Positions 58,384-64,000 of a DNA stretch of 64,000 nt are shown piece after piece; the stretch's first letter is position 1; the number at the start of each line of letters is the position of its first letter. The notes under the pieces are model-generated. The model did not search any database and was not told the origin of the DNA. It worked only from the letters and a program-made list of their open reading frames with translations. A program made the translations under genes and the position numbers. The stretch lies in IMG/VR virus record IMGVR_UViG_3300027963_005443; one strand, 5' to 3'. The DNA comes from a virus.

Positions 58384-59931
58384 ATGAGCAATAATACATG
58401 TAATTATCTAACTAAAATTATTAATATTCCCGGAGACTGGCGATCCGTATCTTGTTCTTCCAATGGCACGAAAATAGTGTGTATTAAACGGTATGATGGT
58501 TTATACCGCAGCATAGATTCTGGTAGTACATGGGTGAAAAAAATCAATTCCCCAGGTGATGGATTTTCTCATATTTCTGGCGACGGCCAAATAGGAATTT
58601 TTATATCACGCTACACATACAATGATATATATGTATCTCAGGATAGCGGACACACCTGGGTCAATAAACAACCGGGTCTCCCATTACAGGAATTTACTCC
58701 CACAGAATCTAGAATAATTTGCTCATCATATAGTGGAGATACTATTTTTATAGTGCCTGGTCTTTATGCGAGTTTAACAGGTTATTTTTACAAAAGCACA
58801 GATAAAGGAGATACTTGGACAAAAATTACATCGGGATTAGAGCCCTTTACATCCATATCTTGCTCAAGTGATGGTAATACAGTATTGGCTACAGGAAAAT
58901 CCAATGTTTATATAAGTAACGATTCTGGGCTGTCCTGGAGTGTACGCACGTTACCCGTGGCATTAAACGAGCAAGCGGATTGTGAACAATTATATGCTTG
59001 CTGTATGTCAAGCAATGGCACCTCTATGATGGCTTCAATCAGAGAAAAATTCAATGACACCCCATGTAACAGTCAAACAGTTTATGGGTCATTTATTAGT
59101 AGAAACGGCGGGTCTACCTGGGTCGGAGTGGACATAATAGCATCGCAATTAGCTTGTTCAGATGACTTTAGCACAATTTTAGCCGGAGCGGCTGGTTCGT
59201 ATTCATATAGAGTTAGTAAAGATGGGGGAAATTATTGGGCAAATATAATTGATCAAAATAATCCTGATTCTTTCAGGTATATTAGCGGGGTAGATTTAAA
59301 TAGCACAGGAGATAAGCTTTATATATCAGCTAGTGGCGCCAACTCTGTGTATGATAATGAGTTTATATACTCGGTAAATTGCGAAACTTTGCCTCCTATA
59401 CCAGGCACTACAACTACAGCAGCACCTACTACAGCAGCACCTACTACAGCAGCACCTACTACAGCAGCACCTACTACAGCAGCACCTACTACAGCAGCAC
59501 CTACTACAGCAAAAGAAATATGCTTCAGGGTAATTTGTCCAGATAACGATTGCGTATCAAATGTAGTTTGCATACCGGTAAACACTGCCCCGGAGGCACC
59601 GATTGATCACTCTTGTGATTGCATAGATTGTGGAACATGCCCAGAAGCGCCTCCCTTTGTTACTACAGTAGCACCTACAACTACAGTAGCACCTACAACT
59701 ACAGTAGCACCTACAACTACAGTAGCACCTACAACTACAGTAGCACCTACAACTACAGTAGCACCTACAACATCTCCGCCTGCTGGATGTTGTGAGGGGG
59801 CTTGCAACCCAATGGAGAAATGCTGTTCAGATGGCTTTGGCAACTGCGATTGCTGCCCAGAAATTAACTGGGTTTGCTGTCCAGGAAACTTGAATTGTGC
59901 AGCAACCTTGGCCGATTGCCCTCCTCAGTGA
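58384..59931 (+). CDS. BNR/Asp-box propeller protein + TTAAP/TTVAP linkers + shared C-terminal CC module
   Basis: S.DSG.TW repeats; terminal KCCSDGFGNCDCCPEINWVCCP...CAATLADCP. Confidence 0.88.
   Translation: MSNNTCNYLTKIINIPGDWRSVSCSSNGTKIVCIKRYDGLYRSIDSGSTWVKKINSPGDGFSHISGDGQIGIFISRYTYNDIYVSQDSGHTWVNKQPGLPLQEFTPTESRIICSSYSGDTIFIVPGLYASLTGYFYKSTDKGDTWTKITSGLEPFTSISCSSDGNTVLATGKSNVYISNDSGLSWSVRTLPVALNEQADCEQLYACCMSSNGTSMMASIREKFNDTPCNSQTVYGSFISRNGGSTWVGVDIIASQLACSDDFSTILAGAAGSYSYRVSKDGGNYWANIIDQNNPDSFRYISGVDLNSTGDKLYISASGANSVYDNEFIYSVNCETLPPIPGTTTTAAPTTAAPTTAAPTTAAPTTAAPTTAAPTTAKEICFRVICPDNDCVSNVVCIPVNTAPEAPIDHSCDCIDCGTCPEAPPFVTTVAPTTTVAPTTTVAPTTTVAPTTTVAPTTTVAPTTSPPAGCCEGACNPMEKCCSDGFGNCDCCPEINWVCCPGNLNCAATLADCPPQ
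59413..59511. repeat. 15-nt perfect tandem repeat x6+ (TTAAP)
   Basis: actacagcagcacct units. Confidence 0.92.
59662..59769. repeat. 18-nt perfect tandem repeat x6 (TTVAPT)
   Basis: actacagtagcacctaca units. Confidence 0.92.
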
Positions 59932-59966
59932 TCCCTTAGTTTTATCTTGACAAGTATATATAAAAT

Positions 59967-61892
59967 ATGCCAAATGATGCTAATTTTAAAATATACGGAT
60001 TTTGCAATAAATTAAAGATACACTGCATGGAACTTACAGATGAGGGGTTTATAGCAGGAGGACAAAATGCAATAAAAAGAAAGTATTATTGGAATAGTGA
60101 AAAAGGTTTTGTTTACGGGGATGGAACAAGTGTGCAAAACCCTCCTTGGGCAATAAATAACAATAAAATAAGATTAAATTTTGAAGATGATATAAATTGT
60201 TCCAAATACAATAAGCATAGACAAAAAGCAACATGCAGAATCCACATCAATCCTTTTGAACAAAAAAATATAAACTTATCTTGGATTGGAATGGCGGAAC
60301 AAAACTCTTCAGATAACGAATATATGGAATTAAGGCTAGATGGACAAAAAATTGCTAGTTCTGGTTCTGTTGGGGATGGCAAAGGTTGTTCCTCTATGGT
60401 TTCTGTGGTTTCCAAAGATTCAGAAGGAAACATAATATCACCTTCGGCAGTTTTAACATTAGCAGAAGGTCTGAGTGTAATAGACATACTTTTAGATACA
60501 AAAAACGAATTCTTCCACACAAATTCATATTATGAATTTACAATGGATCCATTTACTTGTATGTGTGATCTAGAAATAGATCAAGTAACACATACGGGAG
60601 AAATGTCAACTGGTGGCGCAGAAAATTTCATAATAGAAATGATCAATAACAAAAATTGCTGCAGCAGAGTTCAGTATAAATTAGATTGCGGAGATTGGAT
60701 TGATTATCCTATCTGCTCGGTCACAGAAACCACAACCACAACCACAATTGGTCCAGCTTGCCCCGGTAATTGTGATAATAACTTAATACTGAACGGGGAT
60801 TTTGAATTAGATGCTCCAAATATGGACCTGGGAACGGCTCAACATTGGGTAGTGGACAATGTGGATGTAACATCCGTAGAGTTATCGGGTCCCAATAAAA
60901 ATGTTTGGATAGATTTAAATGCATGCTCTCCAGGTTCTATGGAACAATCTTTTTCAACTATTATTGGTCAACAATATATATTGTATTTCAATATGGCAGG
61001 AAATAGCGCATGCACCCCCTCTAATCCGTGCGACGAAAGAACAGATAATATAAATAATGTTAAAACTTTCAAGGTTTCTGTTGCTGGCGTGGTTCAAAAC
61101 TATACATTTGATACCAGTAGTACTCCGAATTTAATCCCAGGTAAAATAGCAGATTATTCAGGGATGGGATGGACTTCAGAATCCTTGATATTTACTGCGG
61201 TGGAGTCTACTACAACCTTGAGATTTGAAAGCACCTGCAGCTCTTGCGGATGCTTTGGTGCAGCAATAGATTGCGTAGAAGTTTGTACTATAGCGGCAAC
61301 TACAACATTGGCTCCTTGTGTAAATTTAATTACCAATGGAGACTTTAGTTCGCCATCATCTTTAAATGGTAGATGCACAAACAGTATAGGCGTAGATAAT
61401 AGACAAGACTTAAATGGAATTCTTCAAGTAGCCCCTCCTTGGTATCTTTGGCCGAACGGCGACGTTTTTTCTTTTTATTATTGCAATAATTCATTGCCAA
61501 ACAATAGATTTGTTAGTTTAGGATTATCAGTTAATAGGGCTTATTTATCACAAACTATATCAACAGTTATAGGAGCCACATATACATGCTCCTTTGATAT
61601 GGGGTGCTCACCCGGATACAACGGCTTAAACTTAACATCTAGGTCGTTGGACGTGTTTGTTTCACCAGGAGTTGATCTAAAGAATACTTTTAATATAGAT
61701 AATGTAGTCACAGGCAATACTTACGAAAGTTTAGGATGGATGCGTAAATCATTTCAATTTACTGCGACTTCTTCCTTAACCATGATTACGTTCCGGACAC
61801 CAAATGATTCATTGAATGCTATTCCAAACGGTAATCCTGGGGTCGAGTGTTTGTCTGTGATAGATAACGTGGAGGTTTGCCTAGAAACTTGA
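59967..61892 (+). CDS. Surface protein with two DUF642-like (galactose-binding-fold) domains
   Basis: NLILNGDFE...SFSTIIGQQY.L.F.MAGN...GW....L.FTA...T.L.F...IDCVEV, twice. Confidence 0.88.
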   Translation: MPNDANFKIYGFCNKLKIHCMELTDEGFIAGGQNAIKRKYYWNSEKGFVYGDGTSVQNPPWAINNNKIRLNFEDDINCSKYNKHRQKATCRIHINPFEQKNINLSWIGMAEQNSSDNEYMELRLDGQKIASSGSVGDGKGCSSMVSVVSKDSEGNIISPSAVLTLAEGLSVIDILLDTKNEFFHTNSYYEFTMDPFTCMCDLEIDQVTHTGEMSTGGAENFIIEMINNKNCCSRVQYKLDCGDWIDYPICSVTETTTTTTIGPACPGNCDNNLILNGDFELDAPNMDLGTAQHWVVDNVDVTSVELSGPNKNVWIDLNACSPGSMEQSFSTIIGQQYILYFNMAGNSACTPSNPCDERTDNINNVKTFKVSVAGVVQNYTFDTSSTPNLIPGKIADYSGMGWTSESLIFTAVESTTTLRFESTCSSCGCFGAAIDCVEVCTIAATTTLAPCVNLITNGDFSSPSSLNGRCTNSIGVDNRQDLNGILQVAPPWYLWPNGDVFSFYYCNNSLPNNRFVSLGLSVNRAYLSQTISTVIGATYTCSFDMGCSPGYNGLNLTSRSLDVFVSPGVDLKNTFNIDNVVTGNTYESLGWMRKSFQFTATSSLTMITFRTPNDSLNAIPNGNPGVECLSVIDNVEVCLET

Positions 61893-61905
61893 CTAAAATA
61901 TAAAA

Positions 61906-64000
61906 ATGATAAATAAACACTTCGTAATAAACCAAATAGAATTAGATGATACAAATTTTGATGCACCAATAACAAAATTGGATGTACCAACTACATCACC
62001 ACCAGACACACCAACTACACCACCACCCAGGTGTCCTAGTTTTTGGATAAACTCAGGTGTAAACGCAGAAGTATTTTATAAGAAAAACTCCGGTCCTTGT
62101 CCTGGCGGGCATCGTTGCGACAGAGCTGTTTTCGATTTATATGTAAATGATTCATTGGTAAAAGAAAACATAAATTTAAATAATTTATCAGATGGAGGAG
62201 ATCGAACAAGCGGAGTCTTTTCAATTCCCACAGATATACTTTATTGGGATATCAATTGCGAATGCAGCTTCTATTTTAACCTAAAATGTAAGTTATCTTG
62301 TGATTGCCATAAAGGCTTGGCTTGGATTATAATTAAAAATTCAAGCGGTAAAGTTTTATATGATAACTGTATACCAAATGATGAGTATGTATTTATAGGG
62401 ACTTCTTGTAAATCTAATCAAAAATTGCCAGATATTAGTTGCTACAAATGTTCAGATTGCGAATTATTCCAAACACCAACTTCAAATATCGAAGATACTT
62501 GCGAATCTTTGGGTTACTTCTCAAACTTTACTGATTGTAATAATGTTTGCACTACAACTACAACCACAACTACAACCACCACGGCGGAACCGCCTTGGTC
62601 GCCCAGATGCAATAGTTTAATACTAAATGGAGGTTTTGACCAAGTTATTGGAGGTGGGGTTGGCCCCGATGCTACACACTGGTCGCTACAGAATGTATTG
62701 TTTCAATCAATACTTCCTATGCAGCCTGGGGGAATTTTTGTGAATCTAAATGGAGGAGATACTAAAACCGGATGTTCTCCTGGGTACATAGAGCAATCTT
62801 TTTCCACCGTAGTAGGCAATCAATATACATTGTATTTCAATATGTCTGCCGCCATAAATACATCTAATTTTCCTACAAATGAATATAAAGGACTCACGGT
62901 TACTGTGGCCGGGGTTACCGAACCTTACGAGTTTGACACCAACTTGCAACAAACGCCTACCTATCAGGGAATGGGATGGGTTTCAAAATCTTTAATATTT
63001 ACTGCAGTGGATGCTACTACGACCTTAAGATTTGAAAGCACATATAACGGCTGCTGGGGACCTGCGATAGATCGTGTTGAAGTTTGCGAGAATACAACAA
63101 CTACAACTACTACAACTACTACAACTACTACAACTACTACAACTACTACAACTACTACAACTACTACAACTACAACTACAACCACTACAACCACTACAAC
63201 TACTACAACTACAACTACTACAACTACTACAACTACACCTTCGCCTGGTTTCAGGCTAAAAGATTTTGGAAATAAAAGCCAATTGTTATCTCAAACAGAA
63301 GTAGAAGATGAAATTAAAATGGAGTTTACAAATTTTTATGATATTTACGACAATAAAAGAAGAATTCAGAGAGGGCTGACTCAGCCTAGTTATTGGGCCA
63401 TAAACAGATCTAAAAATTTAGCGGATCCATTAATAGAACTTTCGTCTGGGGCCAATGATACCGACAATAATCTTTATAGAGCAGACAGCATTTATGAAGT
63501 TCAAGGACCGTATATCGGAGATGATGTGAGCGGCCTTATTTATATGGGCGATCGTAGGCCAGGGGATACTGCCTCTCTTAATTTTTCTTCATCAAATAAA
63601 TTTTCTGCTGATCGTGTTCCAAAAATTAATATTGTCGAAAATAGAATAAAAGTGTCTACGGCAAATAATTCAAGAGAATATGAAAGAGATAGTAACATAT
63701 TAGAAATGTCTAATTTAGAAATAGTAGCAGAAAGTAAAAAAATAAAGAAAGTCTTAAATCCATCAAAACTTAATATTGTTACAGCAGGAGATAGTACTTT
63801 AGAAAAAACATCAACAGATTCAGGTTATTATCTGGCTTCGACAATAGACATATATACTATTGATCAAATCAATTTATCGAATCCTCCAAAGTTTTCAATA
63901 AGTGGAGCAGGTGTGTTATATTTCGGTAACTCACAAATAGGTAGCGGTTCATTAAAAATTACAAGTTCGGGCATTAGTAAAGATGTAGATTATGGCCAAC
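61906..64000 (+). CDS. Partial (runs off window end) surface protein: GPCPGGH domain, DUF642-like domain, 48-residue poly-Thr; not in ORF track
   Basis: Manual translation open from ATG 61906 to the window end. Confidence 0.85.
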   Translation, partial: MINKHFVINQIELDDTNFDAPITKLDVPTTSPPDTPTTPPPRCPSFWINSGVNAEVFYKKNSGPCPGGHRCDRAVFDLYVNDSLVKENINLNNLSDGGDRTSGVFSIPTDILYWDINCECSFYFNLKCKLSCDCHKGLAWIIIKNSSGKVLYDNCIPNDEYVFIGTSCKSNQKLPDISCYKCSDCELFQTPTSNIEDTCESLGYFSNFTDCNNVCTTTTTTTTTTTAEPPWSPRCNSLILNGGFDQVIGGGVGPDATHWSLQNVLFQSILPMQPGGIFVNLNGGDTKTGCSPGYIEQSFSTVVGNQYTLYFNMSAAINTSNFPTNEYKGLTVTVAGVTEPYEFDTNLQQTPTYQGMGWVSKSLIFTAVDATTTLRFESTYNGCWGPAIDRVEVCENTTTTTTTTTTTTTTTTTTTTTTTTTTTTTTTTTTTTTTTTTTTTTTTTPSPGFRLKDFGNKSQLLSQTEVEDEIKMEFTNFYDIYDNKRRIQRGLTQPSYWAINRSKNLADPLIELSSGANDTDNNLYRADSIYEVQGPYIGDDVSGLIYMGDRRPGDTASLNFSSSNKFSADRVPKINIVENRIKVSTANNSREYERDSNILEMSNLEIVAESKKIKKVLNPSKLNIVTAGDSTLEKTSTDSGYYLASTIDIYTIDQINLSNPPKFSISGAGVLYFGNSQIGSGSLKITSSGISKDVDYGQ
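63094..63237. repeat. 48 consecutive Thr codons (mainly aca-act-act)
   Basis: All codons ACN, counted in frame. Confidence 0.95.

Noticed and set aside
45102-59931. Repeated Cys modules as DGR template/variable repeats
   Set aside because: All copies are coding, differences are not confined to adenines, and no reverse transcriptase is in the window
32572-63194. Val/Gly-rich ORFs such as 32572, 34467, 40838, 47551, 49000, 59319, 59607 and 62964
   Set aside because: Antisense shadows of Thr/Pro codon repeats in real genes on the other strand
63074-63275. Poly-(QLL) and poly-(YNY) ORFs
   Set aside because: Alternative frames of the 48-Thr tract; the Thr frame is continuous with flanking domains
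1-64000. Eukaryotic giant-virus origin suggested by RCC1, exostosin and Cys-rich domains
   Set aside because: SD sites, TTGACA promoters, intrinsic terminators, overlapping operons and CsrA indicate a bacterial host
1-64000. Stop-codon reassignment, as in some jumbo phages
   Set aside because: Standard code gives dense, full-length genes up to 2309 aa with intact domains
1-64000. tRNA, tmRNA or rRNA genes
   Set aside because: No cloverleaf with T-loop and acceptor stem recognised in intergenic regions; a tRNAscan/ARAGORN run would be decisive

Overview
AT-rich fragment of a large dsDNA bacteriophage, probably T4-like or jumbo. Phage evidence: Shine-Dalgarno sites, TTGACA promoters, CsrA, Rnl1-type RNA ligase, ATP-dependent DNA ligase, UvsE, a CobS/CobT-like AAA-vWA pair and T4-style capsid-targeting N-termini. 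Several small proteins resemble Planctomycetota families, so that host is suggested but unproven. About 1-29 kb holds repair, nucleic-acid and accessory genes, mostly on the minus strand. About 29-64 kb is dominated by very large modular proteins with Thr/Pro mucin-like linkers, Cys-rich modules, RCC1/BNR propellers, DUF642-like, LamG and Fn3 domains, and four protease domains. Glycosyltransferases, a sulfotransferase and an O-methyltransferase are scattered through the window. Main observations read directly from the sequence: (1) a 7-copy, strand-biased motif GTTTC-Y5-GGTACGGTT upstream of genes; (2) a TATATA-N4/5-ATG leaderless-type signature on about ten putative virion genes; (3) six proteins with T4 internal-protein-like N-termini, one a kinase; (4) two candidate structured RNAs whose strand is indicated by G-U pairs; (5) poly-Thr-bounded modules shuffled between surface proteins, including one nested inside another domain. 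No tRNA, rRNA, CRISPR array, integrase or transposase was recognised. All family assignments are motif recognition by eye, not database hits.
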